From the NCBI GenBank assembly GCA_009779935.1, contig WRAX01000001.1, positions 37,758 to 101,757 of the forward strand: 64,000 nt of DNA, written 5' to 3'. The translations under genes and the position numbers were made by a program. Shown here in pieces: positions 37,875-47,773 of this stretch (positions are counted from its first letter, which is position 1; the number at the start of each line of letters is the position of its first letter). Source of the stretch: Defluviitaleaceae bacterium (lineage in GTDB: Bacteria > Bacillota > Clostridia > Lachnospirales > WRAX01). The notes under the pieces were generated by a model. It was given only the letters and a program-made list of their open reading frames with translations, was not told the origin of the DNA and did not search any database.

Positions 37875-37883
37875 GTATGAAAG

Positions 37884-39656
37884 TTAGCGTGTATTGGTCA
37901 AAAATAGGTAGCTATAACCCGTACCATAAGCATTTAGAGATGTGCCCGGACCCACATATCTATGCTCTGGGGCAAGTATAAAACGCCTATGCCCGTCGGA
38001 GTTCATCCAGCCATCCACAAGGGCTTGTGGGGTGCTTGGCCCAGGCAAAAAGGCATTACCCCCATTCCAACGGGAATCCCGCCCGAAGGCACGCAAAACC
38101 TCACGGGAAGCACCGTGCTGTGCCCCTGCAATGGCATATGGCCCTTGGTTATGTCCCGTGGTGTGGGGGTTACGCCCGCCGGGCAAATGTGCCACAATTT
38201 GGCTATAATAACGGGCGGCCATAACCATGGTTTCATCCAGTTGCACAGGGCTAAGGCCGTGGGATACCCTAACTTCACTTACAAGCCTTGCCACTTCCCT
38301 TTCAAAATCACTTACGCCGCCCATTGTGTTAAATTCCACAATCCAAGCTTGCCTTTCGGCATCAGTGCCACGCCTGTCCTGCGCCAAGGTTATGCTTGAT
38401 TGGGGTATCCTGCCCATCAGCATCATATTAGTGATGTTAAAGGGGTGAGCCGCCGGAGCCATTGCCGTTGGCGTGGCCATAAGCATTATAGCCTGCCCCC
38501 TCTCCCTGTCATTCATCTGGTCTATGGGCAAAACTCTGAACGCGCCACCCATACGGGTTGCGGCCGGGTTCAAAACCCTATCCCTGTTATGGTCAATACC
38601 CATCCACCAGCTTACAACCGATTCGGGTGATTGTCTGTTGGTCATATTCGTGGTCATCCACTGCAATGTTAAGTCGCCGGAGGCACTTAATCCATTTTCA
38701 AGCCTTAAATTAGTGATGTTGGTAATTTCTGTATCCCAACTTAGGGTGCCTAAATTTGCCGCTCTACGGTATTCATTAATCGTTTCAAAAATTATTTGGG
38801 CAAACAGTGCGGGATCGGTTATGGCAGGCCTGCCCAGTTTTACAGATATATAAATGCGGTCGGCTTGCCTGTCCCTTCGCTCAATTTCCACAGCAATGCC
38901 TGCAATGGTTACAAATTCTTCCAGCACAGCCCGCTCTCTGGCGGCTGTGTTTATCCAGCGTTCAAAAATATCCTCCGCACTTTCTATGTTAAAGCGTGCA
39001 GCATGCCCTGCTATATGGGCAATTTCCAGCCCCGCATTGTTTATCCTCTCCACAGTCATAACCCCATCGGAGCCTGCAACGCCGGTTAAGTTGTTTTCCA
39101 GCATATCACGGGCATGGGCGGAAGATAGGGTTGTTAAGCCCCCATCCACAGCAACTGGTGGCAAGCCATTTTGTGCCCTATGTTTATTAAGCAAGCGCAA
39201 AAACTCATCTGCAAAACCATCTGCATCAAAAGGTGTTGTTATAAGCACGGTGTTTGCTGCCCCGTCCCAACCCACTTCATAACCAACAGATTCCACTACC
39301 GCACGTATGGGCAGCATGGTTCTGCCGCCAATTATTTGTGCCGGCACTTCCAAGTTGTGGTTTGTGCCGTTGCGGGTAAATACAGCATTGTCGATGGTGA
39401 TAATCACAGTGTCACCTGTGCGTGTAAGTGTTACCTGCCGCAAATCGGGGTTCCAATTCACTTCAAATCCTAAACGTTCAAAAACCCCGCTAACAGGCAC
39501 AAGGGTGCGCCCGTCCACATTTGCTGGTTGTTGGTCTGCAAAATTTACCCGCTCGCCATCAATGGCTACATTAATTTGGCTGGCATATACGGGCAGGGCG
39601 GCAACAAATACTGCAATAAGGGCAAAAACGCCCCCTGCCAACAATTTCCTAATCAC
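37884..39656 (-). CDS. Secreted protein with a copper-amine-oxidase-N-terminal-like (stalk) domain plus two CAP/SCP (YkwD-like) domains
   Basis: The GTG start at 39656 follows GGGGGA. The signal peptide is ...ALPVYA. The stalk-domain motif is VDGRTLVPVSGVFERLG...GRTMLPIRAV. The CAP-like segments are HRAQNGLPP... and ...GHRRFIL. Confidence 0.6.
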   Translation of the reverse strand: MIRKLLAGGVFALIAVFVAALPVYASQINVAIDGERVNFADQQPANVDGRTLVPVSGVFERLGFEVNWNPDLRQVTLTRTGDTVIITIDNAVFTRNGTNHNLEVPAQIIGGRTMLPIRAVVESVGYEVGWDGAANTVLITTPFDADGFADEFLRLLNKHRAQNGLPPVAVDGGLTTLSSAHARDMLENNLTGVAGSDGVMTVERINNAGLEIAHIAGHAARFNIESAEDIFERWINTAARERAVLEEFVTIAGIAVEIERRDRQADRIYISVKLGRPAITDPALFAQIIFETINEYRRAANLGTLSWDTEITNITNLRLENGLSASGDLTLQWMTTNMTNRQSPESVVSWWMGIDHNRDRVLNPAATRMGGAFRVLPIDQMNDRERGQAIMLMATPTAMAPAAHPFNITNMMLMGRIPQSSITLAQDRRGTDAERQAWIVEFNTMGGVSDFEREVARLVSEVRVSHGLSPVQLDETMVMAARYYSQIVAHLPGGRNPHTTGHNQGPYAIAGAQHGASREVLRAFGRDSRWNGGNAFLPGPSTPQALVDGWMNSDGHRRFILAPEHRYVGPGTSLNAYGTGYSYLFLTNTR

Positions 39657-39802
39657 ACAAAATCCCCCATTTTTTTGCTTTAATTGTATCACAGGTACCA
39701 CCCAAAAGCAATCACCTAATTTTTGAAAAAAGCTGGACTTTGTGCGGGGGTTGTGATATAATGGCAAAAAATATGAAAACATGAAAACACAGGAGGAACA
39801 CC

Positions 39803-41149
39803 ATGGCCCAGTCCACATTAACGCAAATGGAAGAAAACTTAGTAAACATCAGCTTTGAGGTAAGTGCGGAGGATTTTGAGGCCGCATTACAAGCGGCTTA
39901 TATGAAAAACCGCAATAAAATTAACATGCCCGGCTTTCGCAAGGGGCGTGTGCCACGCAAGATGATAGAATCCCAATACGGCAAAAACTTTTTTTATGAA
40001 GAGGCTTTGGAGGGCGTTTTCCCCCAGCGTTACGAAAATGCGCTGGATGAACATGATGTGGACCCCGTAGCCCGCCCATCCATCACCAAATTTGAGGTAA
40101 GTGATGCAGGCGTTGCCACCATTGTAGCGGAGGTTTGGACAAAACCCCACGCCACCTTGGCGGATTTTAAGGGCGTGGAATATATCAAGCCCATCACCGA
40201 TGCCACCGAGCAGGAAATTGAAGCAGAACTTAAAAGAGAGCAGGATGCCAGCGCACGCCTTGTAAATGTAACAGACCGCCCCGCCCAAAACAGCGACCAG
40301 GTTAATATCGATTTTGAAGGGTTTGTGGATGGTATAGCCTTCCCCGGCGGCAAGGCGGAGGGGTTTGATTTAACCCTTGGCAGCGGCCAATTTATCCCCG
40401 GTTTTGAAGCCCAAATTGTGGACAAAAGTATTGGGGATGATTTTGATGTGGATGTCACTTTCCCGGAGGAATACCATGCGCCGGAACTTGCAGGCAAACC
40501 TGCCGTGTTCAAAGTAAAGTTAAACGACATACACGAAAAGCAGCTGCCGGAGCTGGATGATATTTTTGCCCAAGAAGTGTCCGAGCACAATACCCTTGAA
40601 GAATACAAGCAAGAAATTAGGGAAAGAATTGAAGATGGCAAGCGCAAAGCCACCAACCGTGAAGTGGAAGAGCAACTGGCAATGGGCCTTGGGGAACGGG
40701 TGGAAGTTAATATACCACAAGCCATGCTGGATACGGAGATTGAAAGGCAAATTTCCGATTTTGCCCGCATGATACATCAGCAAACCGGGATGAGCCTTGA
40801 CCAGTATATGCAGATGAGCGGCATGGACCAAGCAACAATGCGCCTTGCCTATGAGGACCAAGCACCCAAAAACGTACGCAGCCGCCTTGCCATAGAAGCA
40901 GTGGTGCGTATGGAGAATATTGAGGCCACAGAGGAAGAAATTGATAAAGAATTGGATATGGTTGCCCCCATGTACCGCCTTACCAAACCCCAGTTTGTGG
41001 AAGCCGTAGGCAAAGACGGGATGAGAGCTATTGAAAATGATGTTAAAGCCCAAAAAGCAATGGCACTTATCCGTGAGCATGGTAAACCAATAACCGCCGA
41101 AGAAGCTGCCGCAAAAAAAGCCGCAAAAGCCGAGGAGGCCGCTGAGTAA
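39803..41149 (+). CDS. tig: Trigger factor
   Basis: 448 aa with GFRKGRVPRKMIE and an FKBP-type middle domain. AGGAGG RBS. Confidence 0.95.
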   Translation: MAQSTLTQMEENLVNISFEVSAEDFEAALQAAYMKNRNKINMPGFRKGRVPRKMIESQYGKNFFYEEALEGVFPQRYENALDEHDVDPVARPSITKFEVSDAGVATIVAEVWTKPHATLADFKGVEYIKPITDATEQEIEAELKREQDASARLVNVTDRPAQNSDQVNIDFEGFVDGIAFPGGKAEGFDLTLGSGQFIPGFEAQIVDKSIGDDFDVDVTFPEEYHAPELAGKPAVFKVKLNDIHEKQLPELDDIFAQEVSEHNTLEEYKQEIRERIEDGKRKATNREVEEQLAMGLGERVEVNIPQAMLDTEIERQISDFARMIHQQTGMSLDQYMQMSGMDQATMRLAYEDQAPKNVRSRLAIEAVVRMENIEATEEEIDKELDMVAPMYRLTKPQFVEAVGKDGMRAIENDVKAQKAMALIREHGKPITAEEAAAKKAAKAEEAAE

Positions 41150-41700
41150 TGGGTGGTTTTTACAACCACGACAAACAAACCATCACAACTGACAGGCTAA
41201 TTTTGCGCCGCTTTGAAATGTCGGATGCCCAGCGGATTTACCAGCTTTGCAATAATTACAACATTTATAAAAGCACCCTTTACCTGCCCTATCCCTATCC
41301 CATAGAGGCTGCCACAAATTGGATACCAACCCATGAAGAAAACTTCAAAAACGACAAAAGCTATGACTTTGCCATAACAGACAAAGCCACAGGCGAGCTG
41401 CTTGGTGCAATTGGGCTTTCCAATAACAAAACCCATAAAAATGGCGAGGTGGCTTATTGGGTTGGTGAGGAGTATTGGGGCAAAGGCTATGGCACAGAAG
41501 CCCTTAAAGCTGTAATTGACTTTGCTTTTGATGAAAAGGGTTATAATAGGGTGTGGGCTAGGTTTTTCGCCAGCAACCCGGCATCCGGTAAGATGATGGA
41601 AAAAGTTGGTATGGTTAGAGAGGGTGTGCAATCCCAGCACATCATTAAAGAAGGTAATTTTGAAGATTTGGTTTTTTATGGAATTGTAAGGGAGAAGTAA
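41149..41700 (+). CDS. GNAT-family N-acetyltransferase (RimJ/RimL-like)
   Basis: 183 aa with RLILRRFE...YWGKGYGTEA. TAATG overlap with tig. Confidence 0.8.
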   Translation: MGGFYNHDKQTITTDRLILRRFEMSDAQRIYQLCNNYNIYKSTLYLPYPYPIEAATNWIPTHEENFKNDKSYDFAITDKATGELLGAIGLSNNKTHKNGEVAYWVGEEYWGKGYGTEALKAVIDFAFDEKGYNRVWARFFASNPASGKMMEKVGMVREGVQSQHIIKEGNFEDLVFYGIVREK

Positions 41701-42254
41701 TGCAAAGAGGTAAAATTATATATCTGAACGGGGTATCCAGCTCCGGTAAGACAACTTTGGCAAAGGCATTACAGGGCAGGTTAGATGAGCCATATTACTG
41801 GTTTTCTGTTGACACTTTTGTGAACATGACACCAGAAAAGTTCATAGACAATGATTTGTGGTTAAATGCCATTTCGGGGATGTACCGCTCAATCAAAACA
41901 TTTTCTGATATGGGGCTTAATGTGATTGTTGACGATGTTTTTGATGATTCGCAGGAGCTTTTGGATGAGGTTGTTGAGATTTTACATGGCCATCCTGTGC
42001 TGTTTGTCCATGTAACTTGTCCGCTTGACGAGCTTGTGAGGCGGGAGAAAGAGCGTGGAGACCGTGAAATTGGTCTATCTGAAAATCAGTTGCCCCAATT
42101 ATGTCCTTTGTGTCAAACATACGACATAACTGTGGACACCCACAACAACACCATAGAGGAATGTGCAGACCGAATTATAGAAATGTTGGTGAATGACGAA
42201 AATTCCACCGCATTTAATAAGCTTTATAAGAATAGAACCCAGGAGGAAGCATGA
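41700..42254 (+). CDS. Chloramphenicol-phosphotransferase-like (CPT family) P-loop kinase
   Basis: [22 protein letters not shown] Walker A, ~184 aa. The pattern fits the CPT family from memory. Confidence 0.6.
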   Translation: MQRGKIIYLNGVSSSGKTTLAKALQGRLDEPYYWFSVDTFVNMTPEKFIDNDLWLNAISGMYRSIKTFSDMGLNVIVDDVFDDSQELLDEVVEILHGHPVLFVHVTCPLDELVRREKERGDREIGLSENQLPQLCPLCQTYDITVDTHNNTIEECADRIIEMLVNDENSTAFNKLYKNRTQEEA

Positions 42255-42871
42255 ATAGTTTTGATTTTTTTGATAAACCGCAAGCAGGGCTTGTGCCCAT
42301 GGTCGTGGAGCAAACCAACCGTGGCGAGCGCAGTTACGACATATATTCCCGCCTGTTAAAAGATGGCATAATCTTTTTAGGCGAACCCGTTACAGACCAT
42401 ACTGCCAACCTAATTGTGGCACAATTGCTGTTTTTAGCAGCAGAATATCCTGAAAGGGATATTAGCTTTTATATCAACAGCCCGGGCGGCTCTGTAACCG
42501 CCGGCCTTGCTATTTATGACACCATGCAGTTTATTAAACCGGATGTATCCACCATTTGTGTGGGCATGGCGGCAAGCATGGGTGCGTTTTTGCTTTGCGG
42601 CGGCGCAAAGGGCAAGCGTTTCGCCCTGCCAAATTCCGAAATTATGATACACCAGCCATCCGGTGGTATTGGGCGCAGCCCGGCAAGTGACTTTGAGATT
42701 TATGCAAACCGTATTTTGAAAAATAAGCAAAGGTTAAACGAGATGTTTGCCGAAATGACAGGGCAAACCATTGACCAAATCGAAAAGGCCTCTGATAGGG
42801 ACAACTTTATGTCATCAGAAGAAGCTAAGGCTTTCGGATTAGTTGACGAAATTATAACAAAAGCGCAGTAG
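42251..42871 (+). CDS. clpP: ATP-dependent Clp protease proteolytic subunit
   Basis: [22 protein letters not shown], with the catalytic Ser in GMAASMG and His in IMIHQP. Confidence 0.97.
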   Translation: MNSFDFFDKPQAGLVPMVVEQTNRGERSYDIYSRLLKDGIIFLGEPVTDHTANLIVAQLLFLAAEYPERDISFYINSPGGSVTAGLAIYDTMQFIKPDVSTICVGMAASMGAFLLCGGAKGKRFALPNSEIMIHQPSGGIGRSPASDFEIYANRILKNKQRLNEMFAEMTGQTIDQIEKASDRDNFMSSEEAKAFGLVDEIITKAQ

Positions 42872-42916
42872 CAAGAAAACAGTAATACCTTTACAAAAGA
42901 AAAGAGGTGGTTCCAC

Positions 42917-44245
42917 TTGTCATATAACGACGGGGGAAATATACATTGCAGCTTTTGCGGCAAATCCAGAGATAAGTACAGGCGGTTTGTGGCAGGAGTT
43001 GGCGGTGTTTTTATCTGTAACGAGTGTATAGAGATTTGTGTTGAAACAATGATAGAAAATTCCGCTTTACAAATGCCCGGCGAAGATGATATTGCGCCGC
43101 TGGAATTTTCTGATTTTAAGCTTTATAAGCCCCATGACATTGTTGCCCATCTGGATAAATATGTTATCGGGCAAGATGATGCCAAAAAGGCCTTGTCTGT
43201 GGCGGTTTACAACCACTACAAACGTATTTCCAAATTCCTTGATATGCCGGAAGATGAAAAGCCCGAAGTGGAGCTTGCCAAAAGCAATGTGCTAATGCTT
43301 GGCCCCACGGGTACAGGTAAAACATTTTTAGCACAAACCTTGGCAAAACTTCTGGATGTGCCTTTTGCCATTGCCGATGCCACATCCCTTACAGAAGCGG
43401 GATATGTGGGTGAAGATGTGGAAAATATCCTATTGCGCCTTATCCAAGCCGCCGATGGGGATATGGACCGTGCCGAGCGTGGCATTATCTATATTGACGA
43501 AATTGATAAGATTGCCCGCCGCTCGGAAAACCGCTCCATCACCCGTGATGTAAGCGGCGAGGGGGTGCAGCAAGCCCTGTTAAAAATTTTAGAAGGCACA
43601 GTTGCCAATGTACCCCCCCAAGGCGGGCGCAAACATCCCCATCAGGAATTTATCCAAATGGATACCACCAATATCCTGTTCATCTGCGGCGGCGCATTTG
43701 ATGGCATAGATAAGGTTATTGAAGAGCGGCTAAACAAAAAGATGATTGGTTTTAGCTCCAAAATGATAACCGATGATAAAAAGCCCATTGCCGAAGTTAT
43801 GAAGCAGGTAACAACTAAGGATTTGCAACGCTTTGGCGTAATACCGGAGGTTATCGGCCGCCTGCCCATCATCGTCAGCCTTAACGCTTTGGATGAAGAG
43901 GCATTGATTAATATTTTAACCCAACCCAAAAATGCTTTGATAAAACAATACAAACAGCTTTTCAAAATGGATGGTGTGGAATTGGAGTTTGAAGAAGAAG
44001 CCCTAAAAGCCATTGCCAAGCTTGCCATAGAGCGCAATATAGGTGCCCGTGGTTTGCGCTCCATCATCGAAGGGTTTATGGTGGATATTATGTACGATGT
44101 GCCATCGGACGAGGGTATGTCCAAAGTTATCATTACCAAAGATGTGGTGGAAAAAACCGCCCAGCCCGTCACCTTCCGCCATTTGGCTGCCCAAGATGAG
44201 GGGGATTTGGGGCTTAGTGCCAATATCTTAGAAGACGGGGCGTAG
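42917..44245 (+). CDS. clpX: ATP-dependent Clp protease ATP-binding subunit ClpX
   Basis: TTG start, zinc ribbon CSFCGK...CNEC, Walker A GPTGTGKT and the IGF-type loop region. Confidence 0.97.
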   Translation: MSYNDGGNIHCSFCGKSRDKYRRFVAGVGGVFICNECIEICVETMIENSALQMPGEDDIAPLEFSDFKLYKPHDIVAHLDKYVIGQDDAKKALSVAVYNHYKRISKFLDMPEDEKPEVELAKSNVLMLGPTGTGKTFLAQTLAKLLDVPFAIADATSLTEAGYVGEDVENILLRLIQAADGDMDRAERGIIYIDEIDKIARRSENRSITRDVSGEGVQQALLKILEGTVANVPPQGGRKHPHQEFIQMDTTNILFICGGAFDGIDKVIEERLNKKMIGFSSKMITDDKKPIAEVMKQVTTKDLQRFGVIPEVIGRLPIIVSLNALDEEALINILTQPKNALIKQYKQLFKMDGVELEFEEEALKAIAKLAIERNIGARGLRSIIEGFMVDIMYDVPSDEGMSKVIITKDVVEKTAQPVTFRHLAAQDEGDLGLSANILEDGA

Positions 44246-44458
44246 AAATAAGTTTATGGCTGCCAACTTAGAAGTTCAAGTAGAACAAAGAAAGCGGCTA
44301 TATATGCTTTTGATGCTAAAGCCGAAATGCAACAAGAAGATGTGGCATGGGTGGAAAAGGTCGTTGCCAAATCCGACCTTGATGAATAGCATTTGTGGCA
44401 GGAATTTTGCTTTTTAAGGTTGGGAGTATGGATTTAGAAAATACAGGGAGGGATTAAT

Positions 44459-46087
44459 TTGCAAGGAAATTTTATAGAGCGGCATATACAAGAGGATTTA
44501 GGTGCTGACACACAGCGGCTGCAAACCCGCTTCCCTCCCGAGCCCAGTGGCTACCCCCACATAGGCAACGCCAAGGGCATTTGGATAAATTTTAGCTTGG
44601 CCGCCCAGTTTGGAGGCAAATGCAACCTGCGCATTGATGATACCGACCCCACCAAGGAAAATATGGCCGCATCAGTAGAAGCTTTGAAAGATGGCATCCG
44701 GTGGATGGGTTTTAAGTGGGATGGGTTTTTCTATGCCTCCAACTATTTTGATAAGTTGTATGAATTTGCCGTAACCCTCATTAAAAAGGGCAAGGCTTAT
44801 GTTTGCGACTTAGACGGGGAGCAATTGCGGGATTACCGTGGCTCGTTTACCCAGCCGGGCAAAAACAGCCCGTTTAGGGAGCGCAGCGTAGAAGAAAATT
44901 TGAACTTATTTACACGCATGAAGGCGGGGGAGTTTGAAAACGGCGCACGCACCCTGCGGGCAAAAATTGACATGGCAAGCCCAAATATGAACATGCGGGA
45001 CCCCGTTATTTACCGCATTATCCATCACGAGCATTATAATGCCCCCGGCTGGTGCATTTACCCCACTTATGACTATGCCCACCCCCTTTCTGATGCCATC
45101 GAAGGTATTACCCACAGCCTTTGCGGTGTGGAGTTTGAGGACCACAGACCCCTTTATGAATGGTGCGTGGAAAATGTAGGTGGTTTTGACCCCGCCCCAA
45201 GGCAAATTGAGTTTGGAGAGCTTAACTTAACAAATGCCATACTTGGCAAACGCTTTATCCGAAAGCTGATTGAGGACGGGGTTATCGGTTATTGGGACGA
45301 CCCCCGCCTTGTAACCCTTGCAGGCATGCGCCGCAGGGGTTATCGCCCCGCAGCCCTGCATAACTTTTTTGAGGCGGCAGGGGTTGCCAAAAGCATTGCC
45401 AATGTGGATATTTCTGTGTTAGAGCAGTTTGTAAGGGATGATTTGGCACAGGATAGCAAGGTTGTAATGGCGGTGCTGGACCCCATAAAACTGGTTATTA
45501 CCAATTACCCCGAAGGGCAGACGGAAATGTTGGAAATGCCCAACAACCCCAAAAACCCGGAAATGGGTACACGCCAAATCCCTTTTGGGCGGGAATTGTA
45601 TATCGAGGCGGATGATTTTACAGAAACCCCACCACCAAAATACCACCGCCTATATCCGGGTAACGAGGTGCGGCTGGCCGGCGCATATTTTGTAACCTGC
45701 ACCAATGTAATTAAGGACGAAAGCGGCAAAATTACAGAAATACACGCCACCTATGACCCCGCCACAAAAAGCGGTAGCGGGTTTAGCCAGCGCAAGGTAA
45801 AAGGCACCATCCATTGGGTTTGTGCAGAGCGGGCAGTGCCGATACAGGCCAATTTATACAGCTATCTGGTGTTTGATGATGAAAATGCCGAGGAAGGTTT
45901 TGTTTTCAATCCAAACAGCCTTGTGGTGGCGGAAAATGCTTTGGCGGAGCCATCCATAAAACAAGCTGCGCCAGATGACCGCTTCCAGTTTATGCGCAAT
46001 GCCTTTTTCTGCCTTGATGCCAAAGACTCGGCGGAGGGCAAAATGACCTTTAACCGTATTGTAGAGCTTAAATCATCTTTTAAATAA
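44459..46087 (+). CDS. glnS: Glutamine--tRNA ligase
   Basis: TTG start. RFPPEPSGYPHIGNAK (HIGH), 542 aa with a GlnRS-type C-terminal beta-barrel region. Confidence 0.93.
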   Translation: MQGNFIERHIQEDLGADTQRLQTRFPPEPSGYPHIGNAKGIWINFSLAAQFGGKCNLRIDDTDPTKENMAASVEALKDGIRWMGFKWDGFFYASNYFDKLYEFAVTLIKKGKAYVCDLDGEQLRDYRGSFTQPGKNSPFRERSVEENLNLFTRMKAGEFENGARTLRAKIDMASPNMNMRDPVIYRIIHHEHYNAPGWCIYPTYDYAHPLSDAIEGITHSLCGVEFEDHRPLYEWCVENVGGFDPAPRQIEFGELNLTNAILGKRFIRKLIEDGVIGYWDDPRLVTLAGMRRRGYRPAALHNFFEAAGVAKSIANVDISVLEQFVRDDLAQDSKVVMAVLDPIKLVITNYPEGQTEMLEMPNNPKNPEMGTRQIPFGRELYIEADDFTETPPPKYHRLYPGNEVRLAGAYFVTCTNVIKDESGKITEIHATYDPATKSGSGFSQRKVKGTIHWVCAERAVPIQANLYSYLVFDDENAEEGFVFNPNSLVVAENALAEPSIKQAAPDDRFQFMRNAFFCLDAKDSAEGKMTFNRIVELKSSFK

Positions 46088-46091
46088 AATT

Positions 46092-46126
46092 AACAACCCG
46101 CCCTACAAATTAGGTGGGTTGTTTTA
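46092..46126. terminator. Rho-independent terminator between glnS and the convergent 3-gene cassette
   Basis: aacaacccgcc / ggtgggttgtt stem followed by a short T-tract. Confidence 0.65.
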
Positions 46127-46134
46127 GTGTAATA

Positions 46135-46434
46135 TCACTTCTTAAATGTGTGGCGATATATTTCGTTTATCTTGTGCTGTGCTTCTAAGTCCGCCTTTGT
46201 TTTTTCATCAATTTCTTCAACATTGCTTTCTATGCTTAGGCGGGATAATTTTATAACGATGCAGATAAACCTAAAAAACGAAACCATTGACGCAATTATC
46301 AACATTGACAAAAACATGGAGTGCAGAAAAATCCCCTTAGGAACAAAGGTTACAAAAACTACCACTAAAAAGGAAAACGCTATGGCAAAAGATATGATGA
46401 CGGACAACCCTTTGTCAAGTTTTCGTGACAGCAT
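46135..46434 (-). CDS. Small 2-TM membrane protein with a charged C-terminal helix (cassette gene 3)
   Basis: The likely start is Met12 of the ORF-track entry (MLSRKLDKG...). It overlaps the upstream gene by about 20 nt. Confidence 0.45.
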   Translation of the reverse strand: MLSRKLDKGLSVIISFAIAFSFLVVVFVTFVPKGIFLHSMFLSMLIIASMVSFFRFICIVIKLSRLSIESNVEEIDEKTKADLEAQHKINEIYRHTFKK

Positions 46435-46684
46435 TTCCTTCGTCCCATTTAGAGGTGGATGTAGCAAAAATTGACCACACTGTGATGTAAATACCTATTT
46501 TAATAGCGAAGAAGCTGTTAATATTGGAAACACGACCTCCTGTTAAGTAGTTACTCAAGTACATATACCACCACGGGGCATACTCCAATGCGAAAAAAAG
46601 ACTTATGCCTGTCATTAAAAATATCAGCAGTACATGCAGTTCGTACATTTTGTTTTGATGTAAAATTTTGAAAACTTGGTCCAT
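46415..46684 (-). CDS. Small 2-TM membrane protein (cassette gene 2)
   Basis: The likely start at ATG 46684 lies 1 nt after the stop of the 345-aa gene. It has two hydrophobic helices. Confidence 0.45.
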   Translation of the reverse strand: MDQVFKILHQNKMYELHVLLIFLMTGISLFFALEYAPWWYMYLSNYLTGGRVSNINSFFAIKIGIYITVWSIFATSTSKWDEGNAVTKT

Positions 46685-46685
46685 T

Positions 46686-47723
46686 TTATGCCACAGGCGC
46701 AGTACCGTCGAATTCTTCTTGGACTTCATAGTCATCACCCAGTTCTATTTGCCCTTTAAAGTATGTATCAATCTGACCTCTAAATCTTGTGATATTATCA
46801 CGAAGGACATCATCCATATTATTTACAATATATTCGCCCGCCATGCGCTCTTTTGCGCTTGAAGGGAACTCTATATCAGAATCAAATTCAGAGTTCCTTA
46901 ATCGGGCAGTTTTAGGCTTGGTTTCACCACCACTTTTGTATTTCACCTCAATCTCCTTTATGCAGTCCACATCCCAGTTTATAAAGTCAATCAACTCTAT
47001 AATTGCATCTAAATTAAGGTTTGCTTTTCTTCCGCTTTCCCTATCAAAGCACATCTTGAAAGTAAATACGTCTGACCTCAGCAACTCCTTAGATACTTTG
47101 CCCATCGCCAGCATGCCTTGCAATCCCTCGAGTACAGATTTATTTTCTTTGATAGCTTGTTTGCCTGCAAAAAAGTTATCAAGGGGCCTACCTAGATTCA
47201 TTGTGAATTTAATATCCCTAACAGAATCAGCCTGCCTTATTTTTTGTAGGTCGTTTAGCATGGATATTGGGCGCAAACACACCTGATAGTCTTTTCGCTC
47301 ACTAATCGCCAAAAATGTAGTCAAATAATTTTCAATGGCATTCCAGCGGGGTCCCTCATTGCTTGTAGTAAGTAAGGCTATGTTGTGCCGCTTGTGATAG
47401 GCCAGATAATTAACATCATACAAATCCCCATCTATGCCTTTGAATATGTTATCAGCGGGGTCCGCTCTATACGGCTTTTTAGTTTCAGGCTTTAGTTTGC
47501 CAAAAGGTATGACAACATAGTCCTTCTGATGTACATCTTGTATATGCCGCCAAACAAAGTCGTTTATCATAATGGTATCTTTGTTAATATCCCTTTTTGC
47601 TTTAAGGTTATCCTTTGTAAATAAGGCTCTTATTTTTTCTAAAAAAGTCATTGTACATCTGTCTGTTGGATTGCCGCCTTTATTCTCAATAGCAATTGTG
47701 TAGGCTTTCATCTTATTAGACAT
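46686..47723 (-). CDS. 345-aa soluble protein of unknown family (cassette gene 1)
   Basis: The start at 47723 follows AGGTGA. I recognise no nucleotide-binding or catalytic motif. It looks AT-richer than its neighbours by eye. Confidence 0.6.
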   Translation of the reverse strand: MSNKMKAYTIAIENKGGNPTDRCTMTFLEKIRALFTKDNLKAKRDINKDTIMINDFVWRHIQDVHQKDYVVIPFGKLKPETKKPYRADPADNIFKGIDGDLYDVNYLAYHKRHNIALLTTSNEGPRWNAIENYLTTFLAISERKDYQVCLRPISMLNDLQKIRQADSVRDIKFTMNLGRPLDNFFAGKQAIKENKSVLEGLQGMLAMGKVSKELLRSDVFTFKMCFDRESGRKANLNLDAIIELIDFINWDVDCIKEIEVKYKSGGETKPKTARLRNSEFDSDIEFPSSAKERMAGEYIVNNMDDVLRDNITRFRGQIDTYFKGQIELGDDYEVQEEFDGTAPVA

Positions 47724-47773
47724 AACTCTCACCTTTTCCTCGGTTATTTTATTAACTGCATAATTAAAAGTGT

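Noticed and set aside
39657-39818. N-terminal 54-aa extension of the CAP-domain protein ORF (the track starts at 39818)
   Set aside because: The extension overlaps the tig promoter, RBS and start, and lacks an RBS. GTG at 39656, preceded by GGGGGA, gives a normal signal peptide.
40030-40770. 246-aa minus-strand ORF, and similar long antisense ORFs at 35383-36153, 47952-48650, 54383-55054 and 59527-60123
   Set aside because: All lie antisense within well-supported genes (tig, the Na/Pi transporter, copA, dnaJ, hrcA). None has a recognisable domain or start context.
44252-44413. Small ORFs between clpX and glnS (53-aa MAANLEVQ..., and an alternative frame ending ...EDVAWVEKVVAKSDLDE)
   Set aside because: Neither has a convincing RBS or start. 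The protein-like frame lacks a start codon. It may be a relic of a decayed gene, but the evidence is insufficient.
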